From Ostrea edulis (taxonomy: Eukaryota), in assembly GCF_947568905.1 (NCBI RefSeq), contig NC_079173.1, positions 38,564,001 through 38,628,000 of the forward strand: DNA of 64,000 nucleotides, read 5' to 3'. The first letter of the stretch is position 1. Every line of letters starts with the position of its first letter. Positions 20,551 to 34,811 of the stretch are shown in pieces. The notes below the pieces were generated by a model. The model saw only the letters and a program-made list of their open reading frames with translations. It ran no database searches and had not been told where the DNA came from. A program made the translations under genes and the position numbers.

Positions 20551-21190
20551 GAATATATCCAGTGAGCTGGAAATAAAGGACACCACAGAGTCGTCAACTT
20601 CTGCTTCATACTTAGCTATTTTATTGAAAGTAAACATTAACGGCAAACTGACAACTCAACTGTATGACAAACGGGATGATTTCAGCTTATCCATCGTCAA
20701 CTTCCCATATTTATGTAGCAATATTCCATTATCGCCTGCATATGGTGCTTATATATCTCAACTGATTCGATATGCAAGAGCTTGTTCTGCGTATAGCCCG
20801 TTTTTAAATCGAGGTAAGCTACTGACAAACAAGTTGATGGTACAGGGATTTCAACAGTCTCGATTGAAGTCAGCATTTCGCAAATTCTATGGTCGTTATA
20901 ACGATCTAGTTCGTCAATACAACCTCGCATTGGGTCAAATGCTGTCTGACGTGTTTTATACCGATTGTTAAGCCGTTCTTGGTACACTGATTTTGACTGC
21001 GGAAAATTCCGTTTACTTGATCAGGATATAAGGCTCACAGTGGATGTGACCGGTCAACAGGGGATGCTTACTCCTCCTAGGCACCTGATCCCACCTCTGT
21101 TGTGTCAAGGGGTTAGTGTTTGCTCAACTATCTATTTCGTAATGCTTATAGGAGTTATGAGATTGATCACTGTTCGTTATATTCACCTTA
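20551..21190 (+). mobile_element. Younger 5'-truncated Penelope-like retroelement (RT C-terminus in an open frame to 20971, plus 3' tail)
   Basis: ELEIKDTTESSTSASYL..LYDKRDDFS..IVNFPYLCSNIPLSPAYGAYISQLIRYARACS..SAFRKFYGRYNDLV. Confidence 0.8.
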
Positions 21191-21205
21191 CATCAATGAA
21201 AATAC

Positions 21206-21541
21206 AAAACTTATACGGTACCAATTTTGATGCACCAGATGCAGATTTCGACAAATAATGTAGCTTCAGTGATGCTCAACCGAAATGTTGGAAATCCGAA
21301 ATAACAATGAAGTTTTAGAGCTATTATAGCCAAAAACAGCGTGCCAAAAAACTGGAGTCAAATTTGTCTAAGGATAAGAGCAATGCATGAGGGAGATAAT
21401 CCTTAATTTTGAAATGAATATCTAAATTTTATAACAGCAATTAAATATACATCCGTATTTCCAAGCTAGTAACGAAGTACTTAGCTACTGGGCTGTAGAG
21501 ACCCTCGGGGACTAGCAGTCCACCAGCAGAGGCCTTGACCC
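21206..21541 (-). mobile_element. Retrozyme-like repeat, copy 2
   Basis: Same family; best-preserved stem I at 21232-21275. Confidence 0.75.
21232..21275 (-). ncRNA. Minimal type I hammerhead ribozyme (partly mutated copy)
   Basis: Minus strand GCATCA CTGAAGC TACA-TTATT-TGTC GAAA TCTGCA TC TGGTGC: stem I GCATCA/TGGTGC, core CUGANG, stem II, GAAA, short stem III, AUC cleavage triplet. Confidence 0.7.
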
Positions 21542-23457
21542 AATGATTATTTTCAGTCAATAAAACGCCATTGATATGTGTAGATGTTGAGTTGAAGTCA
21601 ACAGGAAGATTTTTTTCGTGTCATGCTGAAACCTTGGATTGAAATATGCTTCGTAAGAATACGAAAACAGGTCATGTAAAAACGGAACACAATCCGTGCC
21701 CATCAAAATTTTAGCAGACTGTTGGAAAACCTGATCATCAGAACCAGGGAGTCATAATCGACAAGGAACTCCAACATGTTTTTTTTATTTCAACAGTAGG
21801 GTATTCGTGCGTTGTATAAGAGTGATGGCTAACAAAGTAATATTCTGGATGACTGATCACTAGATATGAATATTTCGTTTTTCATTTTTTGCTGAATAAG
21901 TAACCATCCATAATGTATCCAAGTCCAGTATTTGATTTATCGTGATGAGTGGTTGTGTATAGTGTTGAAAAATCAGACGGTTTGATGTTGTGGGTTTCAG
22001 AAAAGCTTTTGCGATTTCAAATCTAAAAGAAATCTTAAAACCTTTTATAGATACATGTTTGATATACACTATTTATGACCTATATTGTGGCACAGTATGT
22101 TTGTTTGTTTTTTATTTTACAGTTGTCAATAGTTTCATAAGAAGCAAATATAGGGGCTTTGTAGAAAGTCTGTCCCATCTAGTAAAGTATCGTTGTTTGT
22201 AAAGGTTTTTGTGAAGGTTAGGAATCCAGTATAGGGACGACAATTCATATTCTTCTATCCAGTTGAATGGGATGTTAAATGTGTTTAAAACTGAAAAATC
22301 ATGATTTTGAAGATTTTCATCTATTGATTACCAAATGTGGAATTAATACCAAACGTGTGTAAAATACAGGTTTGATAATGAGTCGTTTAATCAATGGAAA
22401 GATAATAGAATATTCCAGAATCGGAAAACTGCATTGTCTACAGTTTTGAATATGTTCAGTCTAAATAAGGCATAGTACATCTTTGTAAAACAACTGACTG
22501 TATATTTCATAAGACATGATCATAGTTTTCACATCAGTTTACACACAAATCATACACAAACAAAAAGCAGTTTCCCCTGTGTACAGTATTATACGTACAG
22601 ATACGTTGACATGTGTACATGGAAAAAAGAGGGGAGGATGCTTATTTCGAATCATATTCTATGATATTTAGAATGCTTGATCTTTTCATGAAATATCATG
22701 AATATCGATGCGTCTTCGCGGGATATTATTACATTGTGACTTATTAGATTGTGACTAATAATACATGGTGTTAATTCTTAATGTACAATACATGGGAAAA
22801 ATACACTCTAGTAATTAGCACTGTAGTGATATCCAAAAATTACAGGTATTAATGCATGGCTTAAAACTTTACGAGCTCGTTCGTTTGGGATGCATGTGGT
22901 TAACAAACGCCCACACAAAGTCACTCGCTTTATCGGAACTAAATCGACCCAAAACAATGATCCCATAATTCATCTAAGTACAAAATGTATTACTATTATT
23001 ATTAAAGAGACCAAGGATTGCATTTAAATCGTTTAATATTGGTATATCGTTGAGGCAGACACAACTAGTTACTATATTGAACAGCACGTAAACTGTTCAA
23101 AGAATGTATTGTTTGTGAGGCAAATACAAGAATACACGAGAAAAAAAATTTAAAATGGTTGTTAGTTGTCTGTTAATAACCTCAGATTATGTTAGCCGCC
23201 GTTTGGAAACTCTTGGAAACCTCGAGAAACACCAACCCTTTCTCATTATTTCTCAATATTTTTGGTTTAACTCATTGTACTGCCCCCTCTCTCTAAATAG
23301 GTAAATAAACAAGTAAACAAACAAATAACTAAAACCTATTTGCATAGCCCCATATAACCTACATACACCATGTTAGTTCAATCGGTTCACAAACACAAGA
23401 GTGACAGTCAATAAATGTTCGTTATGATTACAGCTCCCAGTGCTTTGAGGTTGCGAT

Positions 23458-23518
<61 letters not shown>

Positions 23519-25059
23519 GTTTGTAAATAAAGAATTAGGTATTTGATACAGTAAATACATCCAATAATAAAAGTCAAGAAACACAAAACTCGAATAACAT
23601 TTCACTGTTAGCGCTTTCGGCTTTGTACATCTAGTGATAAAATTGATATGTAGGACAGGACACAGAATGTTTGTCCAGACGGCAAAAAACTGTCAGGGTA
23701 GTGAAATCATGCTACGGAGGAGACTGTCATAAATCGTACTAACAATATTGTTTTGCGCTGTGGGCCGTATACACGAATAGTTTGAAATCGTCCGTGTTAA
23801 GTAAGCGATTCAGAGTTCATGAGTGACCTTGCCAAGCATTTACCATAAGATTGTTGAAATCCAACTCTAGCACCTAGTATTGCATGCAGAATAGACTTTC
23901 TAAACCGAACACATTTATTCGAATTTGCCCAATTATGTTAATTCACACTAGAACGTTTGAACTAAAAATTCATAGAGTATACATGATACTAATAAAGGTC
24001 ATTGAAAGTCCATCTACAGGTGGATCAAGGCAAGATGATGAGATTTATTGTGCAAAATACGTATTATAAAATTAACTTGAAATGTTCGTACGTCTTTTGA
24101 AATGTGTTACAATGTAATTGTTAAAATCACCGTTGTCTGTTATAGGGATGCGTTTTCAACAGAAAAAAGTTAGAAGCCGACAATTCTCAATATAAAAATC
24201 AGAAAACTCGCCAACTTTGTTTAAACGTTTATTCACGGAAGGGATATCATATGCTTCCGTATTTGTAAATCGTATGGTGACTTAGACCAGGCATTCATAA
24301 CATTATTTTTATATAACTTATTGATAAATGAGATTGATCACTGTTCGTTATCTTCACAGTTCATGCATATTTTAAACGTGTATATAGGTATATAAGTCCG
24401 GTTCTGTATTCGTTTGTCGGCTTTACTCAATGCTATTAAGAACATGATTACATCTACGATGCTAAATGTTAATGCGCATCTGTTGAGTCCAGGGCTATTT
24501 TTTTTTAAACATTGGATCCCATCTCTGGTATTTCCAGAGATCTGTAATTACCGTTCTGTAAGTTTTGTATGTTATGGGGTTTACAGAATTGATCACTGTT
24601 CACTTGTTCATTGCTTACAGTTCGGTATATTGACCTCTTCATCTAAACTAAGCTATTTGATTTAAACATATTTTATTGAGAAACTATATAGGATTGGGCA
24701 ACAGGCAAATCCTATATAGACCCTCTCCCAAATCTAAACTAAGCTATCACGCACTATGACTTATTATGTCAGATATTGTAATCAATGGACTAATGCATAC
24801 ACTATAACTATTCCTGAGACGAATAACAAAGAGTAATTCATTAGTGTATTCGAATATGATATAGGTTCCGCAGTATTCACAGGGCGATGTTAGAATAAAA
24901 AACGGTTTCAAGTAGATAGTTTCGTACAATTAATCTCATTAACATTGTTCTCTGGAAAACAAATACACAGTGTCCACACAGATATACTTACAAGATCTGT
25001 ATATTTCTCAATTTATTCAATATGTGAGGACATGATACTTTGTTGAACATCATTCTAAT

Positions 25060-25690
25060 TCCCACAAATACTCTGAAGTTCTTCTTAAAACATTTTCTGT
25101 TCGGATTCCCATAGACACAAATTGTATTAAATATTGGTCAAAACTTTCTACATAAAAAAGTCTTCCTGTGGCCTTCATGTCGCCAAATATATATATCTAC
25201 AACGTTTGATATGTTAACAATCATATTTCGATTCGATATATCCCAGTGGATTCTCAAATGAAAGAAACCATAGCGTCTTATATATCTACTTCGTACTTAG
25301 ATGTTCAATTGAACATAGATGTTAACTACAAAATAACAACTCAGTTTTATGACAGTTTTACACAGTGAGGTTTCTATATCTATGTTGCAGTATAATATTC
25401 TCACCTATATATGATGTTTTGTGCTTCGACTGATTTGATGTACAAGCGTTTATTCTGCGCATTATGAGTTTTGAAATCAAGACAGGCTACTGACACAGAT
25501 GTGGACGTTACATATTTTTCAGACGTCTAGTTTAAAGTCAGCATTTCGCAAATTCTACGGTCCTTATTATGATCTACTTTGCAAATGCAATATGTCATTG
25601 AGCTAAGTGCGGTCTAACCTGTTTCATAACAATTGTTAGACCATTCTTTAAAACCGATTTTGAATACGGATTGCTCCGTTTCCCTGGTCA
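25060..25690 (+). pseudogene. Highly decayed Penelope-like RT fragment
   Basis: Recognisable GATTCCCATAGACACAAATTGT (IPxxTNC) and TCAGCATTTCGCAAATTCTACGG (SAFRKFYG). Confidence 0.65.
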
Positions 25691-28294
25691 GGAAATAGGT
25701 ATCTTACCAGTAATGAGATCCCTTATATATTCCCATCAAAGAACAAACTTCAATCCAAATTATATTTAAAAATTGTTTTGATAATACCACAGTCGTAAAT
25801 GATCCAACTTTGTATAAAATCATGATATTTCCTTAAAAAACGGTTTCATTAGAAAGCACAATGATGACATATAATATTTCTATCAGTTATTAATCTTTAT
25901 TGAATTGACAGAAAATGTTTAATTGGTAGTTACAGTATTTCAAATTTCATGCGAATGGAATCTTCAATTTCATAAAAATACTAAATTTTCGGTACTATAA
26001 TGGAATGTATATCTCGTCAAATAGATATCCCAGCTGATCCAATCAAATACACGTGGTATATCAAACAGAGGTGATGCTCATAGGTGATTAGTGGTTCAGA
26101 TGATAACCACGTAATTAGTCAGGAGTTGCACTTATTGTTTCGGTATTCAAAGCAGGAGGTAATATATTTTAGAAAATCAAATATTGGTTAAAGCAAAGAA
26201 ATGACTAAAATATTGATGGACAATTTTGCGTTCTAAGAATTAGATGTGTACACAAATGAAACAGAAATCACATATCCAAATGTTCATTACAAGAAATTGA
26301 AGGTAAAATATTGTCTAAATATTGGTTCTAAAGAAGATGTAGCCAGAGTAGTGGTATACTGCAAGGGAAGGGTTCGTCGTAAATCGTACCAGAGATATCA
26401 TGGTACGTAAAACGAATTGTTTGAAATATTCAGTGTTAGGGAGGCACTTTAGAGTCTATTAGTGACCCAGGCGAGCATGTACCATGAGATTGTCTAAATA
26501 AAATTCTGGAACCTGAAATTACATGCAGAATGAAATCTCTAAACTGAACACATAAGTAGAATTTCCTAAATTATATTGATTTAAGCTAGGAATTTTAAAA
26601 CTAATAATTCATAGAGTATACGCTCAAGGGAAGAGAATAAGGGTTATTATGCAATATGCGTATTGTAAAAGTTGCTTGAAATGTTCATATGTTTTTTGGA
26701 ATGTGCTAAGTGTTGAAATCGCTGATGTGTGTTACACGGATATATGTACATAAAATTATTTTACGATTTCCTATACGGCAAACAAACGTTCCTCGTATAT
26801 GTATAGATGAAATTCAAATTCATATCGGGCATTTCGTAGTGTTTCTGTATGGAAGGATACCAAGTTTTATTTCCCAAACTTCGTGTTTTCATATCCACTA
26901 ACGATAATGAGACAAGGAAAAGGAAATGATAGAGAAAACGGAAATTGTGAATTTTACAACGTATTTCAAAGTATCACACCGGCAATTAGTTTTACTATTA
27001 ATAATATAAAAGTAAAAAAGTACAATCATTTTGCTTAGTTGATTTGAAATAACGTAGTCGGAAATATCCTATGTTACCAGTCTCATCTGCTGACACCGGA
27101 AACATATCACCCTACGTGGAATTTTCTGAGGTTGCTTTATCTGTCAATAAGACTAACCTTGAACACACGTGTTTTTCACATGTGTGTAAATTGCAAGAAA
27201 GTGCATCTCAGGATGCAACTTCAACTATTAACATCAAATAGTTCCTTTGTAGATAATTGGTTATTTGTACAAAATACACAGAATCAGGGGTACAAAAATG
27301 AAGTGAGAAAAATAAGGGGGATGAGGATATTTTTTAATTGGAGAATTACCGGTGTGATGCCAATAAGTTGACTTCGGTGTGACCTTATAGGAGTTATGAG
27401 ATCAACTTTATTGCAAATGGGATGATTTCAAGCTCTCTATCGTCAGCTTCCTATATCTATATAACATTAATCCATTATCATCTTGCCTTGGTGTCTATAC
27501 GTCCCAAATGATTCAATGGACAGCACATGTTTTGTTGATGATCAATTTGATTTGTAATTTCGCACAGATTCAAAAGAAGTTTTTGAACTAAAATGTACGG
27601 ATGACATGTTTTTTATCCGCATTTCGATACAAATATGATGCAATGTTGAAAGGGGACTAGCAATTTATACTTTACCTCAAAATATGATGGTTTATCAAAT
27701 ATTCTGCGAACGGAATGATTTGGAGTTAATATTGAAAACGTTGGATTTTGATTCGGATATTTCCAGAGTTTGCAATTGATTTCTCTTAATCTTATATTGT
27801 TTATGGGACTTGTGAGATTGACTACTGTTCATTTGTTCATTTTTCATTGACCAATGCTCAGTATCTCCACCTTTTCATCTAAACAGAACTATCAAACAGT
27901 CACTTAGCGTGATGTCATACAGCACCTACAGTATTATGCTTCATGAGATAAATAACGATTGTATTTCAGAGGAGTAAAATATGAGTGTAGGGGATCTGAA
28001 ACAGATTGTATTTCATTGAAAGAGTGGCGTTAAAAATCAATAACGATTGAAAATGATGAAGTTTTTACAAATACTCTGATCATCATGATCCAATTGGTAT
28101 TCAACTAATTGACAAGTTTAGATGATTAGAATATCCGTATCTTCTTGAACATATCAATTATTCTATTTGATAATATTACGATATTTTTGTACTTTAACAA
28201 CCTGAACCAAAAAGATAACTTTAGTGCAGTTGATATACACTACAATAATGGCATACATTTATTGTGTAAACTTTTCCAATATACAATAGCATGA

Positions 28295-28425
28295 NNNNNN
28301 NNNNNNNNNNNNNNNNNNNNNNNNNNNNNNNNNNNNNNNNNNNNNNNNNNNNNNNNNNNNNNNNNNNNNNNNNNNNNNNNNNNNNNNNNNNNNNNNNNNN
28401 NNNNNNNNNNNNNNNNNNNNNNNNA
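28295..28425. other. Assembly gap (131 N)
   Basis: Run of N. Confidence 1.
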
Positions 28426-29918
28426 ACTCGAAATAAGAAAACCTCAGAATCTTCCATATTTGCTTTATATTTGCATTTATATCTTTACAGAACACAGAAG
28501 TTAATGATAAACAAACAGATCAACAATTTCAAATGGGATGTATTTTACATCCTCAACTTCCCATAACTATGTAGCAATGTTCCATTATCGCCTGGGTCTT
28601 ACATCTGATTCCATACGCAAGGGCATGTTCTACATATGCTCACATTGGTTTATAATTTTGCATTGACTTAAAGACCCTACACTGCTATAATTTTAAATTA
28701 AAAGATATGTACTGGTTGTATATATTGCATTATTTGCAAACTTGCTTCAATATTTCATCCGATATTAAAAAGGGAGTATCGATTTATATATACCGACGTT
28801 ATTTCATACTATAAAAAAATGTATTTAACTTCACACTATTTCGATAGTATTTTCATCATTGCTTTTGGTGACAGGAGGCCTATCAAATATTCGAGGAATA
28901 AATAGCTATTTTGACAGAATTACACACATTCAAATTGTAGTTGTTTATAATTCGTTTGCATAGGCAGATAAACATTTAATTTGAAGTTGTTTATAATTCC
29001 TTTGCAGAGGCAGATAAATATTTTTAAACAGGTATCAAGAAGTTAGTCCATTCCACCATGGAGATGATTATTTACAATGCTAATCATGAATGTTTTTATT
29101 TAACATGGTTTACATAGTTTCTTGTTCCAGTGATAATACTCAAAACGAACTTGCGGCATTACCAGAGTCCGTGTTTACCCTTCTATAATAGTCACCACTG
29201 TTTATTATCCTCACTTGTTCATTAATCACAGTTTGTTATCTTAACCTCTTCATGTATGCTAACTTATCACAAAGTATGACTTTTTGAGATACCAGACACA
29301 CTACTAATGGCGCATACGACAGTACCTGCACTATCAATATTCCTGAGATGATTAATGATTGCATTACAAGTGAGTTGTCATGGGCCCATTATATGATATA
29401 AGTTTAAAAACCTCACATGATTTGCTGCGGAGCTGTTCGTGATATAATAGTGCATGCTTTTATTATTATTACTATTATTATTTATTTATTTTTATTATTA
29501 TGTATGTTAAATTTGGGGAATATACGTATTAATATTTGTTTTTAAGAAGAAAAAAATCTTGAATGATAAACAAAAGAATTTGATCAATCTCGGTAGATTC
29601 CGTCTGTAATCCGGTAGGCGTCTAGACGCTCAAGATGCAGCAGATAAAGTACGAGTGACAGTTGACGTTAAAAATTAATTCGACCGTGTTTAATTTGTGC
29701 AATTAAGAAAACAGACGGAAAGTATTTTCTTTAAAATTATACAGAGGTCTTGATCATCAAATTTCTCATTCATAGTTATTAAAAAATACAGTCAAAGTGT
29801 GGTGCAGATTTATATATATAAATATATATTATAATTACAGGAATGGTCATCTATTTTCGTTGTTTACCCTCGGTTTTCCTGCGTTCATGCTGAAGATTTC
29901 GCACGAGGCGTCAAAATG

Positions 29919-32900
29919 GTAAGGAGTGTGTCAGCTAATATGCATTAAGGATGCAACATATTCAGGCCATATAATGGTGTACAATGTACTGCAATTGCGC
30001 TTGTAGCTTTAATTGTTTTATGCAGCATATGCCGAATATATCAAATTTGCGTAGCGAGGAACGTGATTTCATTCTGAGAAATGGGACTGATGTATATTCT
30101 TATATACAAAATAATGGTGGGTCTGGTGGATATTTGTTGCACAGAGATTTACCTCATACTTTGCAGAACTGGAATCGTGATTATGGTGAAGTTGAATATT
30201 TTTTGACAGGTATTATGTGTCTGCTAGTTCACAATATGTAGTTGACGGTAGAAGAGGGCAATTTTAGAAGCACAGGAGATATCGTCTTTTCACCTCGTTA
30301 CATTTCGTGATAGTATTGTAGCTATATACTATAACAATTTGAATGATGTTGTACATTTGTTTTATTTGCACCAAAGGGATCGATATAGTCTGTCTAGTCC
30401 AAATGGCAATGCTGTGTTGTTGATATTTGAATCCATGGAAGAATTTATTAGATACACAATAAATGTTTATGATGGTTATCAGTTTGAAATAACACCCGTT
30501 TGCTTTGGACGGTTTTCCATTAACAACAGGTCAAGGGATCAACCTTCACACTAGACCAAAAACCCAAAGCAAGAAAACTTTAGTAAAACTGAGAATTGTG
30601 GAAAGGAAAAAATCAAAAACCCTAAACAGAAAAGAAAAAGAAAAAAAATTGTCACCTGAGCAAAATAATAAAGCATACAATCTTTCATTTCACAACTATT
30701 GCAAAACTATAAACAATGGTCAGAAATCATGTCGAAAGAAGAAAAATAACAAACTACATTTCTCAGACTATAATGTATTACACGATGCAAACAAAGAAAT
30801 TTCATGTATTGAGTTTGAAAACTTTTTTTCCCTTTAGATGAGGATTGTTCCCCGACATTAATATATGATTGTTGCTTTGTTGAAAGTAGTAGTGGTATTA
30901 ACTATCAAAATATTGATTATTTAAATGATTCAAATCATGTTAAAAAGTTTGAAGAAGAAATAAGACAATCTACAAACTTTTATTGGGTATGTTGTGAGAG
31001 GTTTTTATTTTAAAATCAGATACACCATTTGAGGCAAACTGTCAATTTACATGACCTGCAAATTAAACAAGATTCCAATTTACGCAAGTTTTGATACATT
31101 TCACTGTTCATTAGTCTATTAATTTTGCTTGGCGGACAGTATGATGAGAAAGGTCTCATACCTAATTTGCCTTGCAACGTCCAAATCGTAGCTGGTCAGT
31201 TGCCTCAAAGTACTAGAGATGTAAATTTAATGAGTGTAAAATAATTGCATGAAAGTCATGCCGCTGACGATGAATGAAAATATTTCGCATATCCATAAAA
31301 ACTTGTAGACGCTTTGAACTGGTTAAAAGCAAATAACACTTTATGCTAATATTTCAGTAGATTTATTTGAATCTGATCATGATGGAGGATTTCACAATTT
31401 GTACAGTCAAAATGAAGTTCTTGAAGCAGAATAATTTACTGCAACCCCTGTAAATAAGACTAATCCAATTCCTAGTATAGAAGAGTTTATAAATAAAGGG
31501 TGTATAGAAGTTCCTAAGATTAAAGAAGGACTTGTGAATGTATATGAACCAGAATCAGGAGAGGAGATGGCATTTCCCAGGCTCTTTCCTCGAGGAGTAA
31601 ATTGTTTTAAATTTCCTCGACAAATGAAGATTCTACGTACAATGTATTTCAGACAAAGACTTTATGAAAGACATGGTTATTTTAGAAACAATATGACTTA
31701 CTTAGTACAAAAAAATATCAGAGGTTCAGTAGCATACTTTAGACACCAATTATACAATCTTTTAGCAACGTTTAAATTTCTAGGTCCCCAACTCTTTTTA
31801 TGACTTTATCTGCTAATAATCTTCATTGGAATGAATTAGTTATGTTGTTAAAGAATGTGAATTACGAATCTGCCATACTTCTTAGCAATTTCATGGATAA
31901 TATGAGACAAGATCCACTATTAACATATATGCATTTTGAAAAGAGATTCAATGCTTTGATGAAAAATTTTGTTTTATCAGAACAGCCGCTTGGTACAGTA
32001 CAAGATTAGTTTGCAAGAGTAGAATTTCAAACTAGAGGGAGCCCACATATACACATGTTTGTGTTGATTGATGGTGTTCCAAATGAAATAACCAAGGAAA
32101 CTGTACTTAGTCTAGTATCATATATATATTGTACAATTAAATAATGTCTTCCAGATATTGAGGATGAAGAACTGAAATATTTTGTTACAAAATTACAAAC
32201 TCAGCCATACAAAATATTGTACAACATTATAAAAAGCTTCTTGTAGATTTGAATTTCCAAAATTGTCCATTTCACCTGTTCCTTACGGGTGGAGCTGGTG
32301 TTGGAAAAACATATATAACAAAAGTTCTATTATCTTACATTCAGCACTACTGCGCGAAGGTTCCAAATTCTAATCCTGTGGTGGTATGTGCACGTATAGG
32401 ATCTGCATCTAATAGCATTAATGGGCGTACTTTGCATTCTGTATTTAGAATTTCAGTTTTCTTCAGCATGGCTCATTATCTAGTTATAGTATATCAAAGT
32501 TACGACAAGAATTAAAAAAAATGTGCATACAATTGTTATTGATGAAATCAGTATGGTGAGCAGTGAAATGTTTTCATTTATAAGCCGGCGACTATCAGAG
32601 AAATGTCTTTGGGGGTTGCAATGTTATTGTAACTGGTGATTTTTTTCAACTTAGACCAGTAAAAGGTAGCTTTTGTTTTGCAAATGTGTTACTTGGCAAG
32701 TTTTTGATTCTATATTTTTAACGGAAAACGTGCGACAGAAAAATGATCATTCATATTCTGCTTTGTTAAATCGTGTTAGGATATGTTATCCAAGTGATGA
32801 AGATAATTGGCAACTTAAAACAAGATTAGTATATAACACACAAGTGAACTGTTCTGAAGATTTGCACATCTTTTCAACTAGAAAGCAGGTTGAAATATAT

Positions 32901-33542
32901 AACAAAGAACAACTGAGTAAATTATGCAACAGAACATTTGTTATTCCTGCTGAACATCATTTTTCATCATCTGAACAAAATGCATATGTGCATGTTCCCA
33001 TGAACATGATACCGCTTGATGATAATCTTGCTGGTGGTTTGGAAAGAGATTTGATGATTTCAATTAATTCTAGAGTGATGTTGACAAGAAATATCAATAC
33101 TGATCAGGGATTAGTGAATGGCGTAATGGGCATTGTAACAGATATTGAATTTATAGGGAGCATTCCATCCAATATCGATGTACAATTTGACAACCCTACA
33201 ACTGGATGAGTCATATGTAATGGTAAAAACACAGTTCAAACACCTGTCCCTATTCAGCGCATTGAATGCGAGTTTATTTATACGGGGCATCATGTTATTA
33301 GATCACAGTTTCCTTTGATTTTACCATAGGCATGTACTGTACATAAGGTACAAGGCACATCATTGGACTCAGCAGTTGTAGACCAGAAGAGTGCAGTATT
33401 TGATTATAGAATGGCTTATGTAGCTCTTAGTAGAGTCAGAACTCGGTCTGGTTTGATACTTATTCGTTTAGATCCCATGAAAATCAAGGCTAGTGAGTCA
33501 GTTATCAATGAATATGAAAGGTTTAAAAATTCAACAAATTAA
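29919..33542 (+). pseudogene. Helitron RepHel pseudogene: C76-like protease, Rep (HUH) and PIF1-type helicase, with an internal deletion
   Basis: GVQCTAIAL (C at ~29985); LNWLKANN; EMAFPRLFPRG; GSVAYF; TLSANNLHW; RVEFQTRGSPHIH 32016-32054; TGGAGVGKT 32285-32311; DEISM 32541; GDFFQL; LTENVRQ; HKVQG 33342; YVALSR; many stops and frameshifts; stop at 33540-33542. Confidence 0.9.
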
Positions 33543-33713
33543 TTGGTCTCTCCAGATATGATTTAGAATGAAAATGGAAACAAGGTAACTGCAAATGAAC
33601 ACTTTTACAGGAAATTGGACATTGCACTTAATTAAGACTTATATAGATGATACCAATGAATGATTTAGATATATGTTTAATGTTTAATTGTCATATATGC
33701 AATCATACCAAAC

Positions 33714-34200
33714 TGTTATCCCCATTTCAAAGAAGAGTAAATGACCCTTATTTATTTTGAGGTCACAGGGTCAAGGGTCAAACTGGACAATCGACCTAAT
33801 TAAAATCAGACTTCTTAGATCTGCGCCATATACTTATACTCTTGAGATAACCTAACTAGGGGGGCGTGTTCATATGAACTAATCAATGTATATGCTGTGT
33901 TGTGCTGTATTGTACTGACGTGAAGTGTTTTGACTGTAACATTTAAAAATAACAAATACTTTTTTAAAACAATGGAGAATTTTGATTTTTTGGGGCCACT
34001 TGAATCACTCGGGTGACGCAGTACTATTGGTCGGCTTGCGGCGTCTGTTATATAATATATGTAGTTGAAGGAGACTGGAAATTGTAAGTTTCATTGACCC
34101 CGACCCCTCTCCAAAGGGGACTTCATTTTGGGTTAAAATTGTAAAATTGATGTGTTTCTTTGAAATATTCTTCTTACATCTGAACATCTAGCAATGAAAA
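33714..34200. mobile_element. HINE-like repeat, uninterrupted copy (empty site for the Crypton)
   Basis: Equals 8293-8525 joined to 9847-10100. Confidence 0.85.
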
Positions 34201-34224
34201 TGGGTATATACATGTTAATTCTTA

Positions 34225-34435
34225 GTTGATGGTACAAGGATTTCAACAGTCTCGATTGAAGTCAGAATTTCGCAGATTCTATGGTCGTTATAACGATCTA
34301 CTTCGTCAGTACAACCTCGCATTATGTCATTTGCTGTCTGACGTGTTTCATACCGATTGTTAAGCCGTTCTTGGCACACTGATTTCGACTGTGGATAACT
34401 CCGTTTACCTGATCAGGATATAGGGCTCACGGAAA
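34225..34435 (+). pseudogene. Short Penelope-like RT 3' fragment
   Basis: GATGGTACAAGGATTTCAACAGTCTCGATTGAAG... to the tail. Confidence 0.75.
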
Positions 34436-34445
34436 GTGTGAAAGG

Positions 34446-34811
34446 ATTGGTGTACACAACATTATACTATTTTGATAGCATTTTCAACAAATCATTTTCT
34501 GCATTAAGAAATGGTTTATCCACGGTTCTCAAAATATGTAGTCATTTCGATAAAAAGATACGTCCCCAGATTTTACTTGATCAGCACGAGGTCAGATTTC
34601 AAAAATGCATTTTGCAGTTTATAAATCAATTGGTGTACACAACATTATACTATTTTGATAGCATTTTCAACAAATCATTTTCTGCCTTAAGAAATGGTCT
34701 ATCCACGGTTCTCAGAATATGTAGTCATTTCGACAAAAGATATGTCCCCAGGTTTTACTTGATCAGCACGAGGTCAGATTTCAAAAATGCATTTTGCAGC
34801 TTATAAATCAA
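34446..34811. repeat. Recent 183-bp direct tandem duplication
   Basis: ATTGGTGTACACAACATTATAC at 34446 and 34629; near-identical units. Confidence 0.95.

Larger units (their letters stand above)
15560..29370. repeat. Composite macro-repeat block A (paralogous to blocks B and C)
   Basis: Collinear anchors: GACTCGTCAGTGCATCAAATATTCC at 16003/43197; GATTAGCCTTAATTG at 19357/36437/45427; TTTGATGTTGTGGGTTT at 21981/37677/48039. Confidence 0.8.

Noticed and set aside
23420-23560. Possible decayed LRR exon (QIPNSLFTN...NLKAL) and its paralogue at 40420-40500
   Set aside because: The paralogue gives a 73-nt segment with the wrong phase and no LxxLxLxxN pattern, so an LRR exon array in the macro-repeat is not supported.
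28221-28566. ORFs spanning the N run
   Set aside because: Artefacts of translating an assembly gap.
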